From Candidatus Aminicenantes bacterium (lineage in GTDB: Bacteria > Acidobacteriota > Aminicenantia > Aminicenantales > Saccharicenantaceae): DNA of 64,000 nt. Where the stretch lies: NCBI GenBank assembly GCA_041303965.1, contig JBFYOD010000079.1:10224-74223 (forward strand). The letters run 5' to 3'. Positions within the stretch are counted from its first letter, which is position 1, and every line of letters starts with the position of its first letter. Below are positions 36,757 through 46,023 of the stretch, piece by piece. The translations under genes were made by a program, and so were the position numbers. Below the pieces are notes generated by a model. That model ran no database searches. It worked only from the letters and a program-made list of their open reading frames with translations, and had not been told where the DNA came from.

Positions 36757-37881
36757 ATGAAACGAAAGGAATTCCTGACGCTGGCCGGAGTCGCCGCGGC
36801 GGGCTCTCTCTTCGCCCCCGGCTCCGCTGTCCGCGACGCATGGGCAGGTACGGAGGGGAAGACGACGGTCACGGTCAAGCTCTACGAGCTCAAGCTCAGG
36901 CAAGCCTGGGGCCTGTCCCGGGGGACCTGGACGACGCGGCGCAACGCCTACGTCCGTATCGAGCGGGACGGCGTCGCCGGCCTCGGCGAAGCGGCCCCGA
37001 TCGCCCGCTATAACGAAACCGCGGAAAGCGCCGCGGCCTTCATCGACAAGGCCCGCCCCGTCCTCGAACGAGACCTCTCGGAATACGCCGTCCGATTCGG
37101 CGAGGCCGACGCCGCCGGGCCCGGTGAGCACGCGGCCAAGGCCGCCCTGGACATGGCCGTCCTGGACTGGGCCGGCAGGCGGCTCAAGGTTCCGCTCTGG
37201 AAGCTCCTCGGCCTCGGCCGGGGAAAAACCGTTACGACGACCTACTCTATAGGCATCGACGAAATGCCGGTCATGCAGCAGAAGGTCAGGGATGCCGGGG
37301 ATTTCTCCGTCTATAAGATCAAGGTCGGGACCGCCGACGACCGGAAGATCATCGAGGGCATCCGGGCCGTCACCTCCAAGCCGCTCCGGACCGACGCCAA
37401 CGAGGGCTGGAAAACGAAGGAAGAAGCCCTGGACATGATCAACTGGATGGCCGGTCAGGGCGTCGAGCTCGTCGAACAGCCCCTGCCCGCTTCACAACTC
37501 GAGGACTACGCCTGGCTCAAGGAGAGAGTTAAGATCCCCGTCTTCGCCGACGAAAGCCTCATCCAGGCCTCGGACCTCCCCCGGATCGCCCCCTATTTCC
37601 ACGGCGTCAACATCAAGCTCATGAAGTGCGGCGGCGTCCAGGAGGCCGTCCGGCTGGCCGGCATGGCCAGGGCCCTGGGGCTGAAACTCATGATCGGGTG
37701 TATGATCGAGAGCTCGCTGGGGATCTCGGCCGGCTCGGCCATCGCCTCGCTCTTCGACTACGCCGACCTCGACGGGAACCTGCTCATCTCGAACGACCCG
37801 TTCCGGGGCGTCCGGACGGTGAAGGACAGGCTCGTTCTCAACGACAAGCCCGGCCTTGGCGTCGAGGGAGACCTCTTCTAG
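36757..37881 (+). CDS. enolase-superfamily dipeptide (L-Ala-D/L-Glu-type) epimerase with Tat/Sec-like N-terminal signal
   Basis: YKIKVG (KxK), DANEGW, EQP, ADES and KLMKCGG motifs of the MLE subgroup. N-terminus MKRKEFLTLAGVAAAGSLFAPGSAV. Alternative ATG 36736 lies inside the -10 box. Confidence 0.8.
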   Translation: MKRKEFLTLAGVAAAGSLFAPGSAVRDAWAGTEGKTTVTVKLYELKLRQAWGLSRGTWTTRRNAYVRIERDGVAGLGEAAPIARYNETAESAAAFIDKARPVLERDLSEYAVRFGEADAAGPGEHAAKAALDMAVLDWAGRRLKVPLWKLLGLGRGKTVTTTYSIGIDEMPVMQQKVRDAGDFSVYKIKVGTADDRKIIEGIRAVTSKPLRTDANEGWKTKEEALDMINWMAGQGVELVEQPLPASQLEDYAWLKERVKIPVFADESLIQASDLPRIAPYFHGVNIKLMKCGGVQEAVRLAGMARALGLKLMIGCMIESSLGISAGSAIASLFDYADLDGNLLISNDPFRGVRTVKDRLVLNDKPGLGVEGDLF

Positions 37882-37891
37882 CGCGGCTTTC

Positions 37892-39067
37892 TCAGAGACC
37901 CCGCAGGGCGACGGCCACGGGCCTTCGGACGGCGCGGATGGCCGGCGGGACGCCGCCCACCAAGCCCATCAAGAGCGCGAAAACCATCCCCACGGCCAGC
38001 AGGCCCGGCGTGACGCGGAAGGCGAAGGCGAGGTGGGAGAATGTCTGCCAGTTGATCGTTCCGGTCGTAAAGCCGTTCATGGGGAGAACGGCCAGGCAGC
38101 CCACAACGCCCCCCAGGAAGGCGATGAAGAGCGATTCGAGGATGAACGAGACGACGACGGCCCTGCCCCTGAAGCCGAGCGCCCGGATCGTCGCGATCTC
38201 GCGGGACCTCTCGGCCACGGCCGAGTACATCGTGTTCAGGGCGGCGAAGACGGCGCCGACGCCCATGACGAGAGCGACCAGAAAGCCGAGGATCCTGATG
38301 AGGTCGGTCAGCATTCGCGACTGCCTCTTGTAGTAATCGGTCTCCCTCTCCGCCTCGACCGAAAGCCGCGGGTCCGAGGTCAGCGCGTCCTTGAAGCGGG
38401 CCAGGGCGGACTCTGATTCGAGATGGACGGTCGCCGACTGAAAGATGTTCGTCGGGCGCTTATAGATTTCGTTGAGCACGTTGGCGTCGCACCAAATCTC
38501 GGAATCGAAGGCGCTCCCGCCGGCGTCGAAGACGCCGACCACCTGCCAGGTGCCGCCCCCGAAGCGGACCGTGTCGCCAAGGACGAAACCCTCGTACGTC
38601 TTGATGGCGCTCTTGCCGATGATGAGCTCGGCGAGTCCCGGTTGGAAGAAACGTCCCTCCGACATGCGGACGTTGTCGCGGACATCGAGGACCCGCGGCG
38701 AGACGCCGCGGACCTGGGCGTTGGCTTCGGTGCCCGTTCTCGCCAGGCGGAACGCGGCGATGACCACGACCTCGGCGGAGGAGAGCGGTCCGCGGTCGTC
38801 GCGGGCGACGCCCGAAGCGCCCTCGATCACCCGGAAATCATCCAGGCTGATCGAGCTGACGATCTCGGAATCCGCGCCGGCCCTGCGGACGATGGCGTTC
38901 CGGGGGGAGCCGGACGCCACGAGGGTGGCCTGGAAGCCCTGGGCCAGGGCCAGCATGGCGACGAAAACGCCCACGGTCCCGGCGACGCCGAGGACGGCCA
39001 CGATGGCCGAGGACCAGCGCTGGAACACGCTGCGCACGTTGTAGACGAGGGGAATGGCCATGTTCAC
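37892..39067 (-). CDS. ABC transporter permease, FtsX/MacB type
   Basis: 391 aa, N-terminal TM, large periplasmic domain, 3 C-terminal TMs. Overlaps the upstream permease stop. Confidence 0.85.
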   Translation of the reverse strand: MNMAIPLVYNVRSVFQRWSSAIVAVLGVAGTVGVFVAMLALAQGFQATLVASGSPRNAIVRRAGADSEIVSSISLDDFRVIEGASGVARDDRGPLSSAEVVVIAAFRLARTGTEANAQVRGVSPRVLDVRDNVRMSEGRFFQPGLAELIIGKSAIKTYEGFVLGDTVRFGGGTWQVVGVFDAGGSAFDSEIWCDANVLNEIYKRPTNIFQSATVHLESESALARFKDALTSDPRLSVEAERETDYYKRQSRMLTDLIRILGFLVALVMGVGAVFAALNTMYSAVAERSREIATIRALGFRGRAVVVSFILESLFIAFLGGVVGCLAVLPMNGFTTGTINWQTFSHLAFAFRVTPGLLAVGMVFALLMGLVGGVPPAIRAVRRPVAVALRGL

Positions 39068-40203
39068 ACTCTCCGCAGGGCGTCGACGACCTTGAGTCGC
39101 ATCGCGCCGACCGCCGGCAGCAGGCCCGCCGCAGTTCCCACGGCCAGGGCGAGGACGAAACCAAGGCCGAAGGTGAGCGGCGAAACATAGAGAACCCCGA
39201 GCATGGGCAGGGCGCGGGACAGACCGGGGATCATGGCCTTGGCCAGCACAAGGCCTATGAGACCGCCCTGACCGGCGATGAGGAGCGCCTCGGCCAGGAT
39301 GAGCTTGAGGACGCGGAAGTCCGAAAAACCGACGGTCTTCAGGACGGCCAGTTCTCCGTACCGCTCGCGGACAGCGATGGCCATGGTGTTGCCGGTGACG
39401 AGGAGAAGCGTCAGGAACACGACCGATCCGATGGACAGGATCAGAAGCTCGACGTTCCCCATCTGCTTGACGAATGATGCGGCGAAGGCCTTCTCCGTCT
39501 GGGTCAGGGTCTCGAAAGGCGAATTGGAGAAGAGCTCGTCGATGGCCTTGGAAACCCGGACACCGTCTTCCGGATCGTCGAGTTGGACCACATACCAGCC
39601 GACCGTGCCTTTGCCGAACGCCCGCTGCTCCTCCAGATAGTCGGAGCGGAAATACATGCCGCTCGTGTCCGCGTCGGGCTGGCTGCCGTCATAGATCCCC
39701 GCCACGTTGAACTCCCAGTTGCCCGGCCAGATGGTGCCCCGGAGGGGGATCCTGTCGCCGACCTTGAAGCCGAAGCGGTCGGCAAGGCTGCGCCCGACGA
39801 CACAGGCCTGGCGGTCGCGCAGGAAGGCTTCCCGGGCTTCCGGGGTGAGGGTATAGTCCGCGTAGACCTCGAACCAGGTGTCCTTGTCCACCGCGACCTG
39901 AGGGAAGAAATTGCGTTCGTTCTGGTAAATTCCGCCGAACCAGGTGGCGTGGGTCACAGCCTTGACCCCGGCCAATTGAAGGAGCCGGTCTCGATAGGAA
40001 AAGGGCAGGGGCAGGATCAGGGACACCGTGTTGATCACGTTGAGCCGGTCGGCGCCGGCGGCGCCGGCCCCGCCCTGAAATCCCATCCGGAGAGCCGCCA
40101 GAAGGCCGAACAGGAAGAACGCCACCAGGAAAGAGCCGATGGTCAGCGTCGTCCGGACCTTCTTGCGGCGCAGATTGGCCCAGACCAACCGGAAGGACTT
40201 CAT
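39064..40203 (-). CDS. ABC transporter permease, FtsX/MacB type (second, distinct copy)
   Basis: 379 aa, same architecture. N-terminus MKSFRLVWANLRRKKVRT typical of the MacB/LolC family. Confidence 0.85.
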   Translation of the reverse strand: MKSFRLVWANLRRKKVRTTLTIGSFLVAFFLFGLLAALRMGFQGGAGAAGADRLNVINTVSLILPLPFSYRDRLLQLAGVKAVTHATWFGGIYQNERNFFPQVAVDKDTWFEVYADYTLTPEAREAFLRDRQACVVGRSLADRFGFKVGDRIPLRGTIWPGNWEFNVAGIYDGSQPDADTSGMYFRSDYLEEQRAFGKGTVGWYVVQLDDPEDGVRVSKAIDELFSNSPFETLTQTEKAFAASFVKQMGNVELLILSIGSVVFLTLLLVTGNTMAIAVRERYGELAVLKTVGFSDFRVLKLILAEALLIAGQGGLIGLVLAKAMIPGLSRALPMLGVLYVSPLTFGLGFVLALAVGTAAGLLPAVGAMRLKVVDALRRV

Positions 40204-40919
40204 GCCCCGGCCTTGACCGCCTCCATCAGGACTCCTTTGTCCAGATGAAGGATGACCCGGGCCCGTTCGGCGGCCCGCGGGTCGTGCGTGACTATCAGGA
40301 CGGTCTTTTTATACTCCTTAACGAGACGGTCGATGATGTCCATGATCTCGTCGGCGCTCTTGCGGTCGAGGTCGCCGGTCGGTTCATCACAGAGCAGGAA
40401 GGTCGGGTCGGCGACGATGGCCCGGGCGATGGCCACCCGCTGCTCCTGTCCGCCGGACAGCTGCCGGGGGTAGTGATACATGCGGTCGGCCAGTCCGACG
40501 ACCGCCAGCGCGGTCTCGACGTGTTTCCGGCGCTCGGCCTTGGACAGCCGGGTCAGGAGAAGCGGCAGCTCCACGTTCTGAAAGGCGGTCAGGACAGGGA
40601 TGAGGTTGTACATTTGGAAAATGAAACCCACATGGCGCGCGCGCCAGCTCGTGAGCTTGCCGGCCGACATGTGCGTGATCTCGTCGCCGGCCACGGTGAT
40701 GCTTCCGGAGGTCGGAAGGTCGAGACCCCCGAGGAGATTGAGCAGGGTAGTCTTGCCGGATCCGCTGGGGCCCATGAAGGCGACAAAATCGCCCGCGTCG
40801 ACCTCCAGGTTCAAGCCCTGGAGAACGTGTATCTCCTCGCTGCCGCGGGTATAGATCTTATCCAGGTTGCGCACACAGACGAGGCACGGGCCGTTCCCTT
40901 TTCCGTCGATACTCACCAT
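40200..40919 (-). CDS. ABC transporter ATP-binding protein (MacB/LolD-like)
   Basis: Walker A GPSGSGKTT, signature LSGGQEQR, Walker B LLCDEPTGDLD. Confidence 0.93.
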   Translation of the reverse strand: MVSIDGKGNGPCLVCVRNLDKIYTRGSEEIHVLQGLNLEVDAGDFVAFMGPSGSGKTTLLNLLGGLDLPTSGSITVAGDEITHMSAGKLTSWRARHVGFIFQMYNLIPVLTAFQNVELPLLLTRLSKAERRKHVETALAVVGLADRMYHYPRQLSGGQEQRVAIARAIVADPTFLLCDEPTGDLDRKSADEIMDIIDRLVKEYKKTVLIVTHDPRAAERARVILHLDKGVLMEAVKAGA

Positions 40920-40928
40920 CTCTCCTCC

Positions 40929-42161
40929 TCAGCTTCTTTTGAGCTTGGCCCGCTGGCCGTCGCGCAGATCGGCGGGTCCCTCGACGACGACCTTGTCCCC
41001 GGGCGTGAGGCCGGCCGTGACCTGCATATCGCCGCCGATCTGGACGCCGAGGCTGACCGCCCGTCTTTCGAGGAGGCCATCCCGGAAGAGAAATACCACG
41101 GGCTTGCCGTCCAGCGTGCGCGCCGCCCCGCGGGGGATGAGGGCCTTCGCGACCGCCTGCCCCGCCGCTTGCTCTCCCGCCAGAAAGGACACCTTGACGC
41201 CCATGTCGGGCAGGATGCGGGGGTCGAGCTTGTCGAACGAGATACGGACCTTGACCGTGGCCTTCTGACGGTCGGCGGTCGGGATGACCGTCCGGACCTT
41301 GGCCGGGATTCGCCAATCCGGATAGGCGTCGAGAACCGCCTCGACCAGCTGACCCGCTTCGACCCGGGCGATATACGATTCGTTGACGTCCACTTCGATC
41401 TCGATCGAGCCCATGTCCACGATCGTGGCGATCCCGGTCCGGGTGAAGCCGCCGCCGGCCGAGATGGGGGAGACCATCTCGCCCCGCTGGGCGTCCTTGG
41501 AGACGACGACGCCGCCGAAAGGGGCGCGGACGGTGCAGTTGTCGACGTCCTGCCGGGCCATGGCGATCTGGGCTTCGGCCGCCTTGACCTGCTCTTCCGT
41601 GGCTGCGACCTGGGCCCTCAGACTTTCGGCCGTCGTGCGGGCCAGATCGAGGGCCTGGACGCTCGTGAAGCCTTCCTTCCCGAGCTCCTCCTGACGGCGG
41701 GACTCGCGTTCCGCGTTGGCCAGGTTGACCTTGAGGCTCGAGATCTGGGCGGCCGTCGCGCCGCGCTGGGCCTGGGCCGCTTGCAGGCGCCGCACCGCGT
41801 CCGAATCGTCGAGCTTGGCCAGGAGCTGGCCCTCGGTGACAGTCATCCCCTCGTCGACGAACACATCGACCACCCGGGCCGTGATCTTGGCCGCGATCGT
41901 GGCCCGGCGGCGCGGGGTGACATAGCCGCTGGCGTTCAAGAGCGCTGTCGTCTTCGGGTCGCCGGCCGGGCGGGCTTCCGCAACGACGACGACCGCGACC
42001 CTGGTCCTCAGGGCCAAGAAGGATGCTGCCGCTACCAGGACGACAACCGCGGCCAGGGCGAGGATACGCCGTTTCCCGCGGCCGCTTCCGGCCGAACGGG
42101 CCCGTTCTTCGATCCGCAATCCCGACAAGTCGGGTCCCGGGGGACTGGAATTTTCAACCAT
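40929..42161 (-). CDS. HlyD-family periplasmic adaptor (membrane fusion protein)
   Basis: 410 aa, N-terminal TM, coiled-coil hairpin segment, barrel-sandwich motifs. First gene of the ABC operon. Confidence 0.85.
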   Translation of the reverse strand: MVENSSPPGPDLSGLRIEERARSAGSGRGKRRILALAAVVVLVAAASFLALRTRVAVVVVAEARPAGDPKTTALLNASGYVTPRRRATIAAKITARVVDVFVDEGMTVTEGQLLAKLDDSDAVRRLQAAQAQRGATAAQISSLKVNLANAERESRRQEELGKEGFTSVQALDLARTTAESLRAQVAATEEQVKAAEAQIAMARQDVDNCTVRAPFGGVVVSKDAQRGEMVSPISAGGGFTRTGIATIVDMGSIEIEVDVNESYIARVEAGQLVEAVLDAYPDWRIPAKVRTVIPTADRQKATVKVRISFDKLDPRILPDMGVKVSFLAGEQAAGQAVAKALIPRGAARTLDGKPVVFLFRDGLLERRAVSLGVQIGGDMQVTAGLTPGDKVVVEGPADLRDGQRAKLKRS

Positions 42162-42225
42162 TATCTGTCTCTTTCAGGGATTTTAAGTACACCTGGATCT
42201 GCATTGCCCAGGCCCTTATCCTATT

Positions 42226-42254
42226 ATTTTAGTCGGAATGATCTATTTCGTCAA
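42226..42254 (-). promoter_or_regulatory. sigma-70 promoter of the adaptor/ABC operon (TTGACG-17-TAAAAT on minus strand)
   Basis: Reverse complement read directly: -35 at 42254-42249, -10 at 42231-42226. About 58-nt 5' UTR. Confidence 0.55.
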
Positions 42255-42342
42255 TGGCCCCGTTGGGGGAGGAAGCGGAAAAGACCCTTTCGGGGACTGA
42301 CCGGAAGGGCTTACCGTCCTCAGGCACGGATCCGGCCCGCGG

Positions 42343-43257
42343 CTATTTGTCGGAGACGACCCGGCCGATCTCGCTCGAGCGCTCGAGCCGCGAAAAATGT
42401 TCGTAGGCGAGCCGAGATATTTTGGCTATGGCCGGATTGCCGTCCGAGTCCCGCTTGAGGTAGGTCGTCATGATGCAGAGTATGTAGGGGCGGCCGGGGA
42501 GCATGACGATTCCCGAGTCGCACCTGACCGCTTCTAGCTCGCCCGGTTTCTCGGCGACGTCGACCCCTTCGGGGACACCGGAGCGGAGCGGGCTGTCCTT
42601 GGGGATGGCCAGGATGTCGAGGAAGTCCTTGCGAAACGGCTCCTTGAGAATGCCACCCTTCCAGACCTTCTCGAGGAGCGTCAGCATCTCGAGAGGGGTC
42701 GAAACATTCTCCCGGCCCTCGGCGGCGGCTTTTAGGTCCATCATCTTTCGCCGCAGACGGGTCTTGGCCAAGCTCAGACCGTCCAGCCTTTTGTTGACGG
42801 CGTCCATCCCGACCCGGTCGATGAGCAGGTTCGTGGCCGTGTTGTCCGAAAGGACGATCATCAGGACGGCGGTATCGCGGACAGAGAGCGAGAGGCTGGG
42901 ACGGCCGAGGTAGAAAAGGACGCCCGAGCCGGCGACTTTCCGGCTCTCTTCGAGAGAGATGAACTCATCGAGCTTGAGCCGTCCCTCTTCCGCCTGTTTG
43001 AGGGTTTCGAGGAGGATGGCGATCTTGATCGAGCTCGCTTGGGGAAAGACGTCGCGTTCGTTGAGGAGGAAGTTCTTTCCCGTCTTGAGGTCTTTCAGAG
43101 CGATCCCGAGGACGCCGTCAAGTCCGGCTTCGGCGTCGTGGAGCGCCGCTTGGAACTTCGCGTCGAGGACGGCCGGGAAATGGCTCTGAGCGGGGGCGGC
43201 GAGAGCCGTCAGGGCCACGAAAATGAGAATTCCGGCGGCTGTTTTTCGCGTGGTCAT
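42343..43257 (-). CDS. class A beta-lactamase-like serine hydrolase (secreted)
   Basis: Signal peptide, SSIK (SxxK), SDN, and KPG in place of K[TS]G. No obvious EPELN omega-loop motif, so beta-lactamase activity is uncertain. Confidence 0.7.
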   Translation of the reverse strand: MTTRKTAAGILIFVALTALAAPAQSHFPAVLDAKFQAALHDAEAGLDGVLGIALKDLKTGKNFLLNERDVFPQASSIKIAILLETLKQAEEGRLKLDEFISLEESRKVAGSGVLFYLGRPSLSLSVRDTAVLMIVLSDNTATNLLIDRVGMDAVNKRLDGLSLAKTRLRRKMMDLKAAAEGRENVSTPLEMLTLLEKVWKGGILKEPFRKDFLDILAIPKDSPLRSGVPEGVDVAEKPGELEAVRCDSGIVMLPGRPYILCIMTTYLKRDSDGNPAIAKISRLAYEHFSRLERSSEIGRVVSDK

Positions 43258-43353
43258 GGGGCCTCCTCGTTTCCAGCCAACATTATCTCAAGGCCGTCGG
43301 GGAAGTCAAACAAGGCGGCGTGAAAAGGGGCAAGGTGGATCCGGGAGGCCGGA

Positions 43354-44988
43354 TTATTGGGCGCGGCCGGTCTGGATGACGAGCTTCTGGCCGACGACGA
43401 GGATGTCCGAGACGAGGCCGTTGGCGGCCTTGACCTTGTCCACGGTCGTGTTGAAGGTCTTGGCGATCTGGAACAACGTGTCTCCGTTCTGGACGACGTA
43501 GGTGATTGTCTCTCCCGGTTTGGCGGCCGGCGCAGGGGCAGGCATATCGACGCCTCCCCGCGAGGGGACGCGGAGCACCTGGCGCGGATAGATCATGGTC
43601 CGGCTCCGGAGGCCGTTGAGGCGGACGAGAGCGTCGACGGAGGTGCGGTAGCGCTGGGCGATGGCGCCCAAGGTGTCGCCCTTGCGGACGGTGTAGCGGT
43701 CGGTCACGACGTCGGGAGGGATGAACTGAGGCAGGGAGGCGATGCAGGCCAGGCATTGGTCCCCATATCCGGCCGGGACGCGGAGGTCATAGGGGTAGTT
43801 CGGCGTCGAATCGTGCCTCAGCTCGGAGTTGAGGGTGACCAGGAACGCCTGGTCGAGCGCCAGGTTCTGGGAGAGCGTCGCTAGCTTGACGGCGGCGTTG
43901 ACCCGGATCGTTTCGTACTGGAGGGCCGGGTCCGGATCGGGCAGGGAGAAGCCGTACTTGTTGGGGTCGCCAACGATGAGCAGGGTGGCGATGAAGCGCG
44001 GGACGTGGCGCGCCGTCTCGTACGGGAGATTGACGAACAGGTCCCAGAAGCTGTCGAAATAACCGACTTTTTGGGCCCGGATGACCCGCTGGACCTGGCC
44101 CTCGCCGCAGTTGTATGCGGCGATGGCCGTCGTCCAGTCCCCGAAGAGGTCGTGGAGTTCGATCATGTATTGGATGGCCGCGCGGGTGGCTTTGACCGGG
44201 TCCATGCGCTCGTCGACGTACTTGTCCTGCTTGAGCCCGTAGCGGTAGCCCGTCGAGCGGATGAACTGCCACATGCCCAGGGCCCTGGCCCGGGACAGGG
44301 CGCGAGGCCGGAAGGCGCTCTCGATGAGCGGGATCCAGGCGAGCTGTTCCGGCAGCCCTTCCTTGCGGAGCTCCTCGAGGATCATCTCCCTGTAGAGGCC
44401 GGAGCGCTTAAAGGATTCCTCGAAGGCCTTTCGTTCTATCGTCTGGAAGGAGCGGATCTCCTTCATGACCCACTGGTTCTCGACGAGCGGGATAGAGCCA
44501 TTGACGGATGAGGCCAGGGTCGTTCGGGAGGCCGAGATCTTCTGGATGCGCTGGGCGACGAGGAGACGGAGATCGTTCTTTTCCTGGAGAAGGGGAGAAT
44601 CGGCCGGCAGGGACATCCTCAAAAGCAGGCCGTAGGCCTGGTCGAGCTTGGCCAAGGCGCCTTCCATGTCCTCCTGCGAGATGGCCGCCTGGGCTTCCTC
44701 GTAGGCCCCGAAGGCGTCCTCGAGAAGGACCGTGGCGTCCTTTTCGGATTCCTCGCCCTTGCCGGTCCCCGCTTGGACGCTTGCGTCGGCCCCTTCTCTG
44801 GCGACAACAGGTTCTTCGGAAACTTTAGGTTGTTCCAGGGCGGCCGGCGGGGCCGCGGCGGGTTGGGTCGGCTTGGGCGCCGGTTTGGCGATGGTTTTGG
44901 CCGGTTTGGGCGTCGAGGAGCACGCCGTCAGGAAGAGAATGAGGGAGAGAATGGGGAATAATGACGAGATGCGTCGCAAATTCTTCAT
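43354..44988 (-). CDS. MltD-like lytic transglycosylase lipoprotein with two C-terminal LysM domains
   Basis: Lipobox LFLTACSS. SLT domain (ESAFRPRALSRARALGMWQF). LysM repeats YTVRKGDTLGAIAQRY.. and YVVQNGDTLFQIAKTF.. Confidence 0.88.
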   Translation of the reverse strand: MKNLRRISSLFPILSLILFLTACSSTPKPAKTIAKPAPKPTQPAAAPPAALEQPKVSEEPVVAREGADASVQAGTGKGEESEKDATVLLEDAFGAYEEAQAAISQEDMEGALAKLDQAYGLLLRMSLPADSPLLQEKNDLRLLVAQRIQKISASRTTLASSVNGSIPLVENQWVMKEIRSFQTIERKAFEESFKRSGLYREMILEELRKEGLPEQLAWIPLIESAFRPRALSRARALGMWQFIRSTGYRYGLKQDKYVDERMDPVKATRAAIQYMIELHDLFGDWTTAIAAYNCGEGQVQRVIRAQKVGYFDSFWDLFVNLPYETARHVPRFIATLLIVGDPNKYGFSLPDPDPALQYETIRVNAAVKLATLSQNLALDQAFLVTLNSELRHDSTPNYPYDLRVPAGYGDQCLACIASLPQFIPPDVVTDRYTVRKGDTLGAIAQRYRTSVDALVRLNGLRSRTMIYPRQVLRVPSRGGVDMPAPAPAAKPGETITYVVQNGDTLFQIAKTFNTTVDKVKAANGLVSDILVVGQKLVIQTGRAQ

Positions 44989-45000
44989 GACGTAGCTTCT

Positions 45001-45029
45001 TTTATAACACAGACAGGGGAAACCGTCAA
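45001..45029 (-). promoter_or_regulatory. sigma-70 promoter (TTGACG-17-TATAAA on minus strand) only 12 nt upstream of the mltD-like ATG
   Basis: Reverse complement read directly: -35 at 45029-45024, -10 at 45006-45001. ATG at 44988. Confidence 0.55.
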
Positions 45030-45051
45030 CCGGGGGTTTCAGGCCCGGGTC

Positions 45052-46023
45052 TCACTTGGTTTGGCGGTGCCAGTTCCAGGCGGTTTCGATGATGGTCTCG
45101 AGCGAGGACAGGCGGGGCTTCCAGCCGAGGGACCTTTCAGCTCTCTCCTTGGATGCGAGAAGAACGGCCACGTCTCCCTCCCGTCTCGGCCCGACGTCGT
45201 AGGGGATGGGCCGGCCGGTCGCTTTTTCGGCCGCCTTGATGACCTCGAGAACGGAATGCCCCGATTCGGTGCCGAGATTGATGACGTCGCTCGGCCTCCC
45301 GGCTAGGAGGGCCCTAAGGGCTAGGACGTGGGCCGCGGCCAGGTCGGTGACGTGGATGTAATCCCTGACGGCCGTGCCGTCTGGAGTGGCGAAGTCGTTC
45401 CCGAAGACCCCGAGCCGGGGCCGCTTCCCGAGCAAGCTGAACAGGATGTTGGGCACAAGGTGGGTCTCCGGGTCGTGGCATTCGCCCATCTCCCCGTCGG
45501 GGTCCGCTCCGGCGGCGTTGAAGTAACGGAGCGATATCGAGCGCAGGCCGTAGGCTCGGTCGTAATCCCGGAGGATCTCCTCGACCATGAGCTTGGTCCG
45601 GCCATAGGGATTGACCGGGTTGGCCGGATGGGTTTCGGGGATGGGTGTCTCGAGAGGGTCGCCGTAAACCGCCGCCGTCGAGGAGAAAATGAGGGTCTTG
45701 ACCCCGGCCTCGAGCATGGCGTCGAAAAGGTTGAGGCTCGTCGTGATGTTATGGGCGTAGTATTTTCTGGGGTCGGCGTAGGATTCGCCGACCTGGATGA
45801 GGGATGCGAAATGGAGGACGGCCTCGACCTTATGTGTCCGGAAAACCAGCCGCAGGGCCTCCCGGTCGAGGAGGTCGCCCCGGACCCAGGGGTTGTTCCC
45901 GATGAGTTCGATCTTCCCGCTCGAGAAATTGTCGAAGACGAGGACGTCGAAGCCCTCCCGGTGGAGCTCCTTCACGGTGTGCGAGCCGATGTACCCGGCG
46001 CCGCCGGCGACGAGGATGGTCAT
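45052..46023 (-). CDS. galE: UDP-glucose 4-epimerase
   Basis: 323 aa, GGAGYIGSH Rossmann motif, YGRTK catalytic motif. Confidence 0.92.
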   Translation of the reverse strand: MTILVAGGAGYIGSHTVKELHREGFDVLVFDNFSSGKIELIGNNPWVRGDLLDREALRLVFRTHKVEAVLHFASLIQVGESYADPRKYYAHNITTSLNLFDAMLEAGVKTLIFSSTAAVYGDPLETPIPETHPANPVNPYGRTKLMVEEILRDYDRAYGLRSISLRYFNAAGADPDGEMGECHDPETHLVPNILFSLLGKRPRLGVFGNDFATPDGTAVRDYIHVTDLAAAHVLALRALLAGRPSDVINLGTESGHSVLEVIKAAEKATGRPIPYDVGPRREGDVAVLLASKERAERSLGWKPRLSSLETIIETAWNWHRQTK

